DNA of 64,000 nt, from positions 1 to 64,000 of IMG/VR virus record IMGVR_UViG_3300034190_002401. One strand, 5' to 3'. The number at the start of each line of letters is the position of its first letter. Position 1 is the stretch's first letter. Source of the DNA: a virus. This document shows, piece after piece, positions 1-10,766 of the stretch. A program made the position numbers and the translations under genes. Under the pieces are notes generated by a model. The model made no database searches. It saw only the letters and a program-made list of their open reading frames with translations, and was not told the DNA's origin.

Positions 1-1
1 T

Positions 2-3000
2 TCCACCCCAATCATCGACGGCAGCAGCCTTGTCGAACATGACAGTTGGGTTGTTAATCATCGGTAGGATGTGGTCTCCGCTGTGGCGTGTGAAACTCTC
101 GCCCTTCAGGTTCTTCCTCCAATCGCTGATGTCAACGGGGTTGTTCAGGGAGTCAACCAGCACTGGTGTGGCTGTGTTGCCGTTAGGCCCTTTGCTTCTG
201 GTGGCTATCTGTAGCAGGGTCTTGGGTATGTAACCACAGGCAATCTTCCTATTGGTCTCTATGTCTGCATCTGTCGTCGCTCTGGATGTGCCGAAGGCCC
301 AGCCTGTGGATAGCAGTTGTGTCTTCTCCGCCTCACCGAACTCGACGTGTGCCGCTTGTATTCCCAAGTCGCTGTGTATGGATGCGCTGAAGAGGTCTGA
401 TATGGGAGTGATGTTCTTGGTCGGGTCGAATGCTCGTATGGTGATGGCATCAGGCAACACACCCATGTCACCGAACGTCTTGCCGTTGGTGGCGTACATC
501 TCGGTGCAATCGAAGTTCACTCCCTCGGTCAACTGACTTGCTGTAGCATTGATTGCAGCAGTCGTGACAGCAGCCATCAACTCATCAGTGACGAGCGTGG
601 TCCAGTTGAGGACAGGGCTGATTAGATACCTGCCGCTGAAAGAGTTGGACAACTCATCACCAGCCAGACCGAAGAACTGGTGAGTCCCGTCCTTGGCGTT
701 TTGCGTTCTTCTCGTGTAGGAGAAGGTCATTCCTTGGTCTCCACCTTCTGAGTCTGTCACCTGTAGCATGCCGTTCGTGAGTGGGAAGCCGAGATACCCT
801 AGCACATCGTGATGTGCGAGACCACTACCGCTGTCGAAAGGTGCTTGTAGAGTCACTGTAAATGTAGTGCTGGATTTGGTTATTTCACAATCCACTGCTA
901 TGTTCGGTGCAGATACACCTCTCCATCTGTTGCCAGTCCAAGACTTGGCTGTCATACTAGAGTTGTTAGTACCTAGTTCTTCCATCCTACCAGTGGCATC
1001 ACCAGTGCCACGCATGTGCTTGCCTATGGTGAAGCCGCCCTGTGTCATGTCCCTGTCATCGAAGAACACGCAGACCTCATTCGAGATGGTGTCTGGGAGA
1101 ACTGTGTTGTCGTTTGCGAAACCTAGTCCTGCACCTCTGTAGATGTAGCGTATGCCGTGATTGCCTCCCCTGTGGTCTGTCAGTTTGAGACCGTATATCG
1201 GTGAGTCTCCTAGTGTGTCGGACTTCAGTTGATTCGCATCCGTATGAGTGGTATAGGTCACTGTTGTGCTCGACCTGCCATATGTGTCTCGGAATGACTG
1301 AGACCCCTTCTTGCCGAAGCCCCAAGGTCCTGCTATTGGTGAGAAACCGGGTATGCCACTCGCAACAAGCCCGCCGAAGTTGACTCTACCGACGGAGTTC
1401 TTCCCTACTCTCAGTCCCTGTATTATCGTTGATGAAGAGCCTATAGTGGAAAATGACTCGGTGTTTACGGTGTTGAACTGCTGTCCCCCACCTAGGGCAT
1501 TCGATATGGCCCTGATGACAGGGCTGCTGTCATCGTCGGAATCAGTGAAGTCAGTCGTGCTGATTACGTCTTCTCCTGTCTCTTCCGGGTTGACGTACTG
1601 AGTGAGAGTGGTGATTGGTGCGAACGGTCTGCCGTGCTTATTGAGTGGCATGGGGGCGGGATGCATGTTCTCACCCTCCTTCTCCTCAGGCAATGCCCAG
1701 AAGTCACGCCATCTACCGCCATGTCCTATGAGGAAGTCTGGTTGGTAGACGCTCTGTCCCTTGCTGTTGTCGAGCCAGACGCAGAAGTTCCTACCACTAG
1801 CACCCGGAACGGTGCTGTGTATGACCACGGTGAATCCCCTGTTGCCGTTCTTGTCCTGCACCTCCCTACCCATGTGTGCTCTGACGTATCCCATGTGCGT
1901 TCCTCTGTCACGAGAGGAGAACGCCTTGTCTGTATCCCAAAAGGGAGCGGGGTCATGGGCGCTGCCGGTAGTGTCCTTGTCAACTACGATTTGTCCCTTC
2001 GGTGCACCCGCTTGGTTGATTTGCCTAACAATCTCCTGTGCTGCTGATTCTATGGACACCACACCGGATTTACCTGCAACAGCGCCGCAGTCTATCGAAA
2101 GTCTCCTGAGGAAGTCCATATCCGTCCATTGCTTGAGATGCTGTAGCCTGCTCTCTTCATGGCCTGTGAGGTCGAGCGGTGTGTCTCTTATGCCCTTGAG
2201 ACAGAGGAATGCGGGAATGACACGAGTGCCGTCTGGTGTGTCGAAGAAGGTGGACGGGTCTCTGAGTGTAGCACCACTGGTGTCTGTCCTCAGTTTGACC
2301 AGTGCAGCGGTGAACGCCTCAGTCAGTGACCTCTTGGTCCTTGCGAAGGCGTGGTCGCTGTTCGCTGTGAATGGGTTGACCGTAGAGTCGCTCGTCCTCG
2401 GTAGAACGCTGTCACCCATTGAGTACTTGTTGGCCTCACCGAATATGCTGTATCCAGTGTGCACGTGATGACCGTGCGCCTTGCCGTATATCCCCGGCGA
2501 TGAGGATGTGGCTGCACTAGGGGGTAGGCTAGACGGTAGAGTGCCGTTGACTGCGGTCAGCACGTTAGTACCTATCCTGTTCGCTAGGTCATGTGAGTAT
2601 GCGCTTTCTATGAACTTGGACTGCTGTGTCGAGCGGATGTACCTGTTCTCGCTAGGATAGCCGTTCGCCACGTCTATCTGGGTGGTTATCCATGAAGGCC
2701 CGCCACCGTTGAAAGTGGCAGTGTACTCAGCCAAGTCTACTGGTGCTGTGCCGCTGCCTACCACCATGTTCCTCGGTCTGCCGATTGTGACTGCATCAGC
2801 GCTCGTCTGGACTTGCATGTGCAGGTCTTGGAAGGCGATGAACTCCTTGTCATGAGCAACGTCATAGAGAAGCACCCTAGCATGCCCATCTTCTGCAAGA
2901 TAGGGGTCAACGTAAGCCACCTTGGGAGCATCTGCCTCATCAAGTCCTAGTGATTTGTAGTTCTCCTTGACCGTCTGATTGACGTGCTGTGCGTAGTTTA

Positions 3001-6000
3001 TGGCTGTCTCAAGGCAGGTGTCACCGATGAGGAAGTTCTCCAACGGTACGCTCTCCCTAGGTCTGGATGCAGCGAGACTGGCCACACCACCGTTGAATCC
3101 CTTCCATACCTGAGCCTCGTTGAGTACTCCCCTGCTCTTAGCGAACAGACCCTCTGTCGCATAGGGGTTGTTGATTGTCATGTTGGCCCATATCGTATCA
3201 CCGCTTCTCAGTCCACCAGCAGCGTATGGGTAGTTCCAAGACTTGTTGAGAACAGCGTCAGCGTCTTCCTCGTATGCGTTGGCTATGGAAAGCCTGAGTG
3301 GTACGTCGTCAACATCTGCCGCAGCATTTGCAGCAAGGTCTGTAAGTGTAACAGAATAGTCTCCATTATCGTAGTCCTCTATGGTTGAGACAGTTCCTAT
3401 GAATAGAATCTTGGAAGCACTAGCCTCTGAGTAGAGTAGGTCTCCCTTTCTTAGATTGAGACCTAGGGTGTTAGCACCAGCGAGTCTCCCATTACTATTT
3501 TGAATTGTAACGGTTGCACTGTTTGTTGCCGCTATAATTGTCCAAGCATCGTCACCACCGGGGTCAGGCTTGTATGTCTTGGCTATGTTCTCGTTGTTGG
3601 CCTCCTTCAAGGCTGCGTTGTTGCCGTCATCCCCGTCAACAGCACCGAAGATGTCCCTCACCCTTCTGGTGAGTCTTATCTCCTTACCCGGAAGGTTGGT
3701 CACCCAAGGAGGTGTGGATGTTGTTGCTGCCCTATATACGAACACCAAGACGTTGGGCGCTATGGTGTCACTGATGCTGTTCTTGGTCAGCCTGCCGTAG
3801 TAGTGCATCTTCTGGACAGTGCCGTCGCTGAGTATTGTCTCAGCCTCGTAGAGGAACTCACCTGAGGAGAAGGAGTACGTGCTCATGTCCTCGTAGTCCA
3901 AGTCTGGGAAGAGGTCCATGTCCTCGTCAGACATGGTGATGAGGACTTGGTTGATGAAAGCACCATTACCGCCTGATAGGTTCTTGTGCGCGGCAGTGAC
4001 GACATTACCGACAGCCCTGCCGGAAACTATCCTCGGTGCGTGTGGGTTGGACTCAGGGCCTTCCTTGAACTCCACTGCGCTGACGTACTGGCGCAGCCCG
4101 TAGTCCACGTTGCCTCCCTGAGTCTTGACGCTGGCTGAGTCGTGGTAGTACTCCGACCTGTTCTCGAAGTCCGAGGATGGTGTGAAGGCATCAGAGCCTA
4201 TGGGAACTATACCCTCCAGTGGAAGTGAAGGTCCACCAGTGGTTATTGAAGCACCAACAACAGCCTCATCTAGGAAACCTGACGAGAATGCCCAGTTCTC
4301 TGCACCGTTGTCTCTAGGCACTGTTAGCGTCGATGAATCCCTAGCCGTCCCTATGTAATATGCCCATTCTCCGCTGGCTAGAAACATCTTCCTGTAGTTC
4401 CTGACGTTATCGACGTTCTGATAATTCTCATCGTCGTTACTATCCTCAGCCATATTGAGTATTGCAGCAGATTCATTCTGTTGTACGTTAGGAAAGATTC
4501 CAATGTCCTCCACTCGGATGAAATAACCGGATGGATTGGATGTCACTTTCGTGATTCTTGTCGAGGGAGAGTATTGGTTCTGCCTCTTGTTTAGGGCATA
4601 GGCTGACATCGCCTCCCTATCTGCCGGTTCGACACCCTTCGGTCTCCTACCGACAGGGCTTGGGTTGTAGGTGTGTGGGGTGTGTGTAGCGTCTATGTGA
4701 ATCTTGAACGAGTTGTCTGGTCCGGGGAAAGTGCCGGTTCGCACGTCATCGAAGAACTGGTTTGCAAAGAAGGGTATTTCCACCATCGCCCTTGTGCTTG
4801 CGTATTGAGTGCCGAGTTGGTAGTCATGCTGCACATCGCTCATGCCTTGGAACATTCTGTCGTTGATGGTAGAACCATCCTCAGCGAGAGATGACTCGTC
4901 AAAGAAGCGGTCTGCGAAGAGCGTCACTGAGACGTTGATGTCCTCCGCCGACGATATGCCCTTGGAGATGTCAGTGGCTGATAACCAACTTGAGAAGTCT
5001 GTGAACTCAGTGCCATTGGCTAGAAGGAACTTACCTGCCCCTGCACTGGCTGCGTCTGTGAAGACGAACTCCGATGCGGTTTTGCTGTCATATCTGGCAC
5101 TAGCGCCGTCTTGTAGGTAGACCCTGCCTGTCTTGGGGAAGCCGTATGTGCCCCAAGATGCTAGGTCTGTTGAATTGTTATTGAGGGGCTTGACTGCGAT
5201 TCGACCGCCCCCTGAGCCTGATACTGCTAGATAACCGACAGCACACATGTTTCTCCTCGTGGAGAACGGGAGTCTGGCTAGCGGGCTTGGGTCGTATGTG
5301 GGTTTGACATCCATAGCACCCTGACCCGGACCACCGAGGGTGACTGTGACTACGGGTGCGTTAGGCTCTATCTCCTTGACCACCTGTGAGTCTGGGCTTC
5401 CTTTGCCTCTCACATTGACTGACCTGTTGACTGTTGACTCTGTGAGACCCACACAGCGTACTGTGGTGAAACTGTCACCACTTTGATTGGAGTCCAGCAC
5501 GGCCCTGATTCTGGCCCTGCTCATGAGATACATCATGGTGATGTTGTTAGGCTCTTTGAAATCGGTAGACTGCGACCTCAATCCTGAGAGTTGGTTGACT
5601 CTCCTCCTATCTGAGGGTTGTATGAATACTCTCACGCTACCGTCATCTTGGAATTGGTTGTCGATGATGTCGAACATCTCGTATATGTGTGTGCCAGAGG
5701 AAGTACCTGCCTTGTCGAACTCTCCGTTGGATGGTGACTGTATGACCTCGCTAGGCTCTCTCCTGAAGTACAGTCCCTTGTCTGTCAAGGAGTCGTTCTT
5801 GCTCCTGCTGGGTTCTATGACCATCTTGTGAAACACTGAGTCGTGCTTGGTGGTGGGAGTATGGGAAGCGGTGATTATCTGTGGGGTTTTATTGGGGTGT
5901 GCGTTAGTGCCTATCCCTATGTACAACTCCTCTCCATTGGTGACAGCAGCAGCACGGTTATCCGTGAGGGTGATGTTAGCCCCTATGCCTCCTGATGCTA

Positions 6001-8389
6001 TTGTACCTACGAATGCTAGGTTGGAATTGTAGATGGCATCTCCCTCTGCTATGTTGCTGCTCTCGCTGCTAGTGCCATTGGTGGTGATGCTAGAACCACC
6101 ACCAGAGGCTTGGTCGCCATCTACAGTGATTCCAGTGGGTGTCATCGGTTTGTGGTTGATTGGTGTGAGGCTCTCGTCTAACTCGTCATCCGCCTCGTAT
6201 CCCTCACTGACATCACCTATGAGAGAGTGGTTTTCTCTCAACGACCCCTTGAGTATATTAGAATCTGTGAAGTCGATATAACCGCCAGCAGCGAACACCT
6301 CTGACCTTATGGTATTGGTTTCTATTGCGGTCTTGATTAGGCTGAAGAGAGTGGTAGTGCCGGTGACTATGGTAGAGCCAGCGGGTACTGTCTTCTCTAC
6401 CATGAGTAGAGGTTGTACGACACCGCTCATGCTAGCCCCAGTCAGGTCTATCGCATTGTAGTAGACCTTGACGAAGGGAGCGAGGTTGTAGGAAGTCAGA
6501 GCAGGTATTCTGAGAAGCGCTACCCTGCTCTTCTCACTGGGTCTGAGATGAAGCCTGCGTGTCTCTGCGTTCAGATTGTCTAGGTCTTGTGGGACAGGCC
6601 CTTTCAGCATGAAGGGGAGGTAGTCGAAACTAGGACCGCCAATCGCAATCACCTCTTTCTCTGCGTCTACCAAGCCGTTGTCGAACACGACTTGAGCCTC
6701 TGTCTTGTTGACTATCTCGTCAATCAGAACTGTTCCTTGGTCTCTGTAAACGTCAACTCTGCTGTTGATTGAAATCTGGTCGGAGATACCACCCTTGGAG
6801 ACATCGTACATCACGTCTATGATATCAGCAGAGCCGTCTATCTGCTGGTCGATTATCTCCTCCTGCGCTCTTGGCATCAATTTCAGGAAGTCATGACCGT
6901 CAACGTGGTTGAGGGCATGCCTTCCACTGTGACCGACTTGAAAGGATGCGTCTACGTCAGTGGGCCAAGTGACTGCATATGCGTTATCTGAGGTGTCTGT
7001 GGCCATTTCTGTTGAGTAGACGAAACCATGCAGAGCGAACGAACTCTCGTCAATGACCATCTGACCCGTCCTGTCTATCATTTGTGTGGAATGATGAGGT
7101 GGTTGGTATGGCCTACCACTGGCGCTGTCTATCAGCAGGTCAGCGCCGACGACCACGAAGTAGTTGTCAACCCCCGCTGTTCTGCTATGGAGAGCCTTGC
7201 GGAGTCCGTTGACCGAACTGGAGAAGTCAAGATGCACGCTGGAGACGAGGCAGTTGCCAGTCGATGTGTTGATGTTGTGAAGCCTGACTCTCTCTGGTGG
7301 TTTGTTGTTGGGCTTGAATACGTCCCTGTCTGTAGCACCGGCGTTGATGAGAAGGTTGTATGGTGTGTGAGAGACGACGTGTGTTGTTGGAGTACCTGTG
7401 TTCTGTAGGTAGTTAACGACCTTGTAGTCCCCACCTGTGTACTTGTGAGTACCTGTGCTGTCCTTTGAGAATACGTAGTTACCCGATACCGTCTCCAATC
7501 CGGTGAGTTTCTTGGCTAGTTTGACTGCATCAGCGGTACTGAGTGATATCTGGGATATGGTGACGCTCTCACCGTCCATGGTAGTGCTGTTGTCTGATAT
7601 CGAGGAGAAGGTGTAGACCTCCTCTACAGGTGCTATTGGTTCTTCAAACCTATAAAGCAGCAACGTATTATTGCTGGCTATGGGTGCAGACCTCTCTAAC
7701 GAGCCTTCCTCGAAGTTAGTGGAGATGTGTAGTGACTCCATCACACCTCGGAATTGCCCTCCCTTTCCTCCTACATACACGTGTGCGTTGCCCTTGGCTA
7801 TCTGTAGGGTTCTGTTCGGCAACTCCTTCGATGCCATCAATTCGCCATTGATGTAGAGTTCTATAGCACCAGTCCTCAATGCCGCCACTATGTGCATCAG
7901 GGGTCGTTGGTCTGTGTTGAGGGTGGTGGGGTCGTCGTATGAGCCGTTGTACTTGTTGTATGACGAGTGTATACCACCGAACTCAGAAGAGGGATAGACG
8001 ACTCCCTCGTATCCTCTACCGGATACCTTGGTCGCTGTGGATACGAAATGGTGCTCCTGTCCCGCATCAGTGTCGAGGAATATCTCGAAAGTGGCAGGAC
8101 CGGGCGTGTCTACCTCGCCTATTGACAACTTGAACTGGTCTTCCTTCTCTACTACCACACCACCGCAGTCGGGTATGACCCAAGCCTCTATGCAAATCTG
8201 GGTGTTCAGTAGACCGGATAGTGAGCCTTCTCCCTCTATGTGCTGCCTCTCACCCAGTATGTTGGCCTTCGACTTCGTTCCTGATGATGTCTCTTTTCCC
8301 AAGCGACTCATAGCGCCTTGTGGAACGACTATGCTGTCAGACACACCGTCGAAGAAGAAGGCGTGGTTTGAGCGTCCGAGTATAGGCAT
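2..8389 (-). CDS. Giant (>2796 aa, 3'-truncated) tail/adhesin protein with N-terminal LamG/ConA-like domain
   Basis: ATG at 8389 just after the upstream stop, with GTGA SD. N-terminus reads MPILGRSNHAFFFDGVSDSIVV..IEAWV..HIVA..LYINGEL..FRGVMESLHI..LLYRFEE (LamG pattern). The same frame is open at the window edge (..HILPMINNPTVMFDKAAAVDDWGG) and the track has no stop-bounded ORF in this frame. Confidence 0.85.
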   Translation of the reverse strand, partial: MPILGRSNHAFFFDGVSDSIVVPQGAMSRLGKETSSGTKSKANILGERQHIEGEGSLSGLLNTQICIEAWVIPDCGGVVVEKEDQFKLSIGEVDTPGPATFEIFLDTDAGQEHHFVSTATKVSGRGYEGVVYPSSEFGGIHSSYNKYNGSYDDPTTLNTDQRPLMHIVAALRTGAIELYINGELMASKELPNRTLQIAKGNAHVYVGGKGGQFRGVMESLHISTNFEEGSLERSAPIASNNTLLLYRFEEPIAPVEEVYTFSSISDNSTTMDGESVTISQISLSTADAVKLAKKLTGLETVSGNYVFSKDSTGTHKYTGGDYKVVNYLQNTGTPTTHVVSHTPYNLLINAGATDRDVFKPNNKPPERVRLHNINTSTGNCLVSSVHLDFSSSVNGLRKALHSRTAGVDNYFVVVGADLLIDSASGRPYQPPHHSTQMIDRTGQMVIDESSFALHGFVYSTEMATDTSDNAYAVTWPTDVDASFQVGHSGRHALNHVDGHDFLKLMPRAQEEIIDQQIDGSADIIDVMYDVSKGGISDQISINSRVDVYRDQGTVLIDEIVNKTEAQVVFDNGLVDAEKEVIAIGGPSFDYLPFMLKGPVPQDLDNLNAETRRLHLRPSEKSRVALLRIPALTSYNLAPFVKVYYNAIDLTGASMSGVVQPLLMVEKTVPAGSTIVTGTTTLFSLIKTAIETNTIRSEVFAAGGYIDFTDSNILKGSLRENHSLIGDVSEGYEADDELDESLTPINHKPMTPTGITVDGDQASGGGSSITTNGTSSESSNIAEGDAIYNSNLAFVGTIASGGIGANITLTDNRAAAVTNGEELYIGIGTNAHPNKTPQIITASHTPTTKHDSVFHKMVIEPSRSKNDSLTDKGLYFRREPSEVIQSPSNGEFDKAGTSSGTHIYEMFDIIDNQFQDDGSVRVFIQPSDRRRVNQLSGLRSQSTDFKEPNNITMMYLMSRARIRAVLDSNQSGDSFTTVRCVGLTESTVNRSVNVRGKGSPDSQVVKEIEPNAPVVTVTLGGPGQGAMDVKPTYDPSPLARLPFSTRRNMCAVGYLAVSGSGGGRIAVKPLNNNSTDLASWGTYGFPKTGRVYLQDGASARYDSKTASEFVFTDAASAGAGKFLLANGTEFTDFSSWLSATDISKGISSAEDINVSVTLFADRFFDESSLAEDGSTINDRMFQGMSDVQHDYQLGTQYASTRAMVEIPFFANQFFDDVRTGTFPGPDNSFKIHIDATHTPHTYNPSPVGRRPKGVEPADREAMSAYALNKRQNQYSPSTRITKVTSNPSGYFIRVEDIGIFPNVQQNESAAILNMAEDSNDDENYQNVDNVRNYRKMFLASGEWAYYIGTARDSSTLTVPRDNGAENWAFSSGFLDEAVVGASITTGGPSLPLEGIVPIGSDAFTPSSDFENRSEYYHDSASVKTQGGNVDYGLRQYVSAVEFKEGPESNPHAPRIVSGRAVGNVVTAAHKNLSGGNGAFINQVLITMSDEDMDLFPDLDYEDMSTYSFSSGEFLYEAETILSDGTVQKMHYYGRLTKNSISDTIAPNVLVFVYRAATTSTPPWVTNLPGKEIRLTRRVRDIFGAVDGDDGNNAALKEANNENIAKTYKPDPGGDDAWTIIAATNSATVTIQNSNGRLAGANTLGLNLRKGDLLYSEASASKILFIGTVSTIEDYDNGDYSVTLTDLAANAAADVDDVPLRLSIANAYEEDADAVLNKSWNYPYAAGGLRSGDTIWANMTINNPYATEGLFAKSRGVLNEAQVWKGFNGGVASLAASRPRESVPLENFLIGDTCLETAINYAQHVNQTVKENYKSLGLDEADAPKVAYVDPYLAEDGHARVLLYDVAHDKEFIAFQDLHMQVQTSADAVTIGRPRNMVVGSGTAPVDLAEYTATFNGGGPSWITTQIDVANGYPSENRYIRSTQQSKFIESAYSHDLANRIGTNVLTAVNGTLPSSLPPSAATSSSPGIYGKAHGHHVHTGYSIFGEANKYSMGDSVLPRTSDSTVNPFTANSDHAFARTKRSLTEAFTAALVKLRTDTSGATLRDPSTFFDTPDGTRVIPAFLCLKGIRDTPLDLTGHEESRLQHLKQWTDMDFLRRLSIDCGAVAGKSGVVSIESAAQEIVRQINQAGAPKGQIVVDKDTTGSAHDPAPFWDTDKAFSSRDRGTHMGYVRAHMGREVQDKNGNRGFTVVIHSTVPGASGRNFCVWLDNSKGQSVYQPDFLIGHGGRWRDFWALPEEKEGENMHPAPMPLNKHGRPFAPITTLTQYVNPEETGEDVISTTDFTDSDDDSSPVIRAISNALGGGQQFNTVNTESFSTIGSSSTIIQGLRVGKNSVGRVNFGGLVASGIPGFSPIAGPWGFGKKGSQSFRDTYGRSSTTVTYTTHTDANQLKSDTLGDSPIYGLKLTDHRGGNHGIRYIYRGAGLGFANDNTVLPDTISNEVCVFFDDRDMTQGGFTIGKHMRGTGDATGRMEELGTNNSSMTAKSWTGNRWRGVSAPNIAVDCEITKSSTTFTVTLQAPFDSGSGLAHHDVLGYLGFPLTNGMLQVTDSEGGDQGMTFSYTRRTQNAKDGTHQFFGLAGDELSNSFSGRYLISPVLNWTTLVTDELMAAVTTAAINATASQLTEGVNFDCTEMYATNGKTFGDMGVLPDAITIRAFDPTKNITPISDLFSASIHSDLGIQAAHVEFGEAEKTQLLSTGWAFGTSRATTDADIETNRKIACGYIPKTLLQIATRSKGPNGNTATPVLVDSLNNPVDISDWRKNLKGESFTRHSGDHILPMINNPTVMFDKAAAVDDWGG

Positions 8390-8393
8390 AGTA

Positions 8394-9617
8394 TCACAAC
8401 AAGAAGTCCACAGGCACGAATTGCATCACAATGTCGTAGACGTTCTCTCCTGCGTTGTATGTGATGTCGAGTTTGTTTACTGTGCCCTTTATTCCTGTTC
8501 TGTTGCCAGTGAAAGTCGCACCTGCTGGATTGGAGTTGTTGTCGCTCCTCTTGTCATTGAATGACTTGCCGAACCCTGTGGGCATGATGAAGTTGCGAGC
8601 GACGAAGGTATCGCCATCCGCTTGTATTGTTGAGTTGTATGGTATCTGTATACCTGTGATGTATCCGCTTCCATCACCAAGTCCTGCTTTACTGTCAAAC
8701 ATGATGCCCGCACCTGCTGCTGCTACACCTACACCAACGGGAGCACCGACACCACTGAGGGCTGCTGCACCTCCTCCTACTACCATTGCTCCTCCTATCA
8801 GGAACTTCTCGAAACTCTCTTTCTTGGAATTGTTCATGATACCGTAGAGGTCCATCGCCTTGTCTCCTGCCGACCTCTTGGATACGGTAAGCCCGCCTGC
8901 GAACTTCTCGTGAGAGGGAGGTCTGTATGTATTGGGCTTCTTTGAGAATGTGGGAGTGAGGTTGTTGCCATCCTCTCCTACGGTGTCTTGGAGTATTGTC
9001 ACTACTGTACTGGTTTGACCAGTGACAGCGGAGTCTGACTTCGATGCGGTGAACTTGGCCGCTAAATTGGATGTGTTGTTTATCAGGTCTGCGAATGCAG
9101 TGGCGAATCCAGCGGCAGTGAGTGAGCCTGCTGGGTTGATTCCTATGGTGTAATCGGTGTTCGTGGTGTTGGTGAATGTGCCTGATGAGAGTTTCTTGAG
9201 TCTGATGTTGAAGGAAGTACCATCGTGGGAGGTGAGTCTGATGGTGGAGAAACTGAACTCATCCGAACTAACGAAATACGTTGAATTGAACAACTTGGCT
9301 ATGTTGGAGTTCGTAGCCCCATCACCGTCTAGGTAACTCTGTATCTGACCGCCCAGCACTATGAATGAGAAGTCTATCTTCGCTTTTGCTGCTATACTAG
9401 AACCCACTAGATTCCTGTCGTCAGTGAGCACTGCGTTGATTAGAATCATCGACTTGTTCATGTTGAGGTCAAGCCCGACCCTTATACCACCGGTGAAGGG
9501 GGTGGGCATGCCACCTGTCTTTCTCTGTGTCGTCATTGTCATGCTAGTGGCGTTTATCTCAGTCAACAGTCCATTGTCATGAACTAGCCTGATAGGAACA
9601 CCATTTGCCGCCGCCAT
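8394..9617 (-). CDS. Putative distal tail/baseplate protein
   Basis: 407 aa, directly after the tape-measure-like gene, Thr/Ser/Gly-rich, internal hydrophobic Gly-rich segment. Confidence 0.5.
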   Translation of the reverse strand: MAAANGVPIRLVHDNGLLTEINATSMTMTTQRKTGGMPTPFTGGIRVGLDLNMNKSMILINAVLTDDRNLVGSSIAAKAKIDFSFIVLGGQIQSYLDGDGATNSNIAKLFNSTYFVSSDEFSFSTIRLTSHDGTSFNIRLKKLSSGTFTNTTNTDYTIGINPAGSLTAAGFATAFADLINNTSNLAAKFTASKSDSAVTGQTSTVVTILQDTVGEDGNNLTPTFSKKPNTYRPPSHEKFAGGLTVSKRSAGDKAMDLYGIMNNSKKESFEKFLIGGAMVVGGGAAALSGVGAPVGVGVAAAGAGIMFDSKAGLGDGSGYITGIQIPYNSTIQADGDTFVARNFIMPTGFGKSFNDKRSDNNSNPAGATFTGNRTGIKGTVNKLDITYNAGENVYDIVMQFVPVDFLL

Positions 9618-10489
9618 TATGCATACCTACTTCTTGTTGTTGTACCACCCATTGCTCTGGCTACTTCCTCTTGCATCAACTCGCCCATCTCTCTGGCTAG
9701 TTGTCTCTTGTCAGAGCGGTCTGTTATTCCTGAGATGTTGATGTTCATTGTGAAGTTCTGAGTGACACCACCAGATACAGCAGTGCCTATTTGAGTACCA
9801 CCAGATTCTTTCTTCTTCTTATTACCGCCGAATAGTCCTTTGGCTTTGTCTATCAGACCACCAACAGCACCGGCGATTGCATCCTTGATTTTCTTGATTA
9901 TATTCCAAACCTGTTTGAAAGGCCACAGCATTATGTCGCCTACCTTGGCGAACTGTTCTCCTATGAACTTACCAACACCCGTTAATTTGCTCTTTAATCC
10001 ACTGACAAACTTGCCTATTTTACTGAATGCCTTCCCTATTGCTTCGCTTATCTTAGACGGTATACCGAAGATGAAGTCCTTCAATGCAACCAGTTTGTCT
10101 ATTGCCTTATCCTTGAGAGTACCAAACAAATCAGGTATACCCACTATGGCATCTACCAGTTTCTCTTTTATCGTGCCGAACGTCTCAGGAATCTTCTTGA
10201 AACCATCAACGATGAAGCCTATTACTTTCTTTGCTATATTCAACACACCATTGAACACCTTCTTCGCTATATCTATGAAAGGCTCAAGCGCAGGTATCAC
10301 CTTGTCTTTTATGAAATCCTTAATCTTGGTGAATATCTTCACAGCGAGTTGTCCTAGTTTGTTGAATACTGCACTGAAAAGCGTGCCTATCATACCTATA
10401 CCACCCTGTACAGCAGATATACCGCCTTGAATCAAGGTGGTGGATGAGTTGATGGCCGCTAGGGATGCCAAGATTGGTGCGAACGCCAT
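9617..10489 (-). CDS. Short tape-measure-like protein
   Basis: Repetitive amphipathic helices with F/W about every 11 residues; follows the tail chaperone pair. Confidence 0.6.
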   Translation of the reverse strand: MAFAPILASLAAINSSTTLIQGGISAVQGGIGMIGTLFSAVFNKLGQLAVKIFTKIKDFIKDKVIPALEPFIDIAKKVFNGVLNIAKKVIGFIVDGFKKIPETFGTIKEKLVDAIVGIPDLFGTLKDKAIDKLVALKDFIFGIPSKISEAIGKAFSKIGKFVSGLKSKLTGVGKFIGEQFAKVGDIMLWPFKQVWNIIKKIKDAIAGAVGGLIDKAKGLFGGNKKKKESGGTQIGTAVSGGVTQNFTMNINISGITDRSDKRQLAREMGELMQEEVARAMGGTTTRSRYA

Positions 10490-10701
10490 TAGAAGTCATC
10501 CTCCTGCAAGAAGGAGTAGTCCAGTTTCACTATGTCACTGCTCTCAGTGTTGGACCTGACCCTCGCTTCCTCTGCCTGTTTCTCTTCCTCTGCGTCATAC
10601 ACCATGGCCCATACGAGGGACTGTTTGAATATCTCTTCGCTCATGTTGTATACCTCTGTTAGTGAAATCCCGTAATGTTTTGCTATGTTATATGCAAACA
10701 A
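10489..10701 (-). CDS. Tail assembly chaperone C-terminal extension (lambda gpT-like), probably reached by -1 frameshift
   Basis: Only a weak TTG start; frame stays open upstream to the G6 run at 10788-10793; lies in the -1 frame of 10767..11132. Confidence 0.65.
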   Translation of the reverse strand: MFAYNIAKHYGISLTEVYNMSEEIFKQSLVWAMVYDAEEEKQAEEARVRSNTESSDIVKLDYSFLQEDDF

Positions 10702-10766
10702 CTGTAGTTGGAGTTCAATGTCTTCTGATGATTCTATTGCTTGTCTCTTCAGAAAACTCTCAACCC

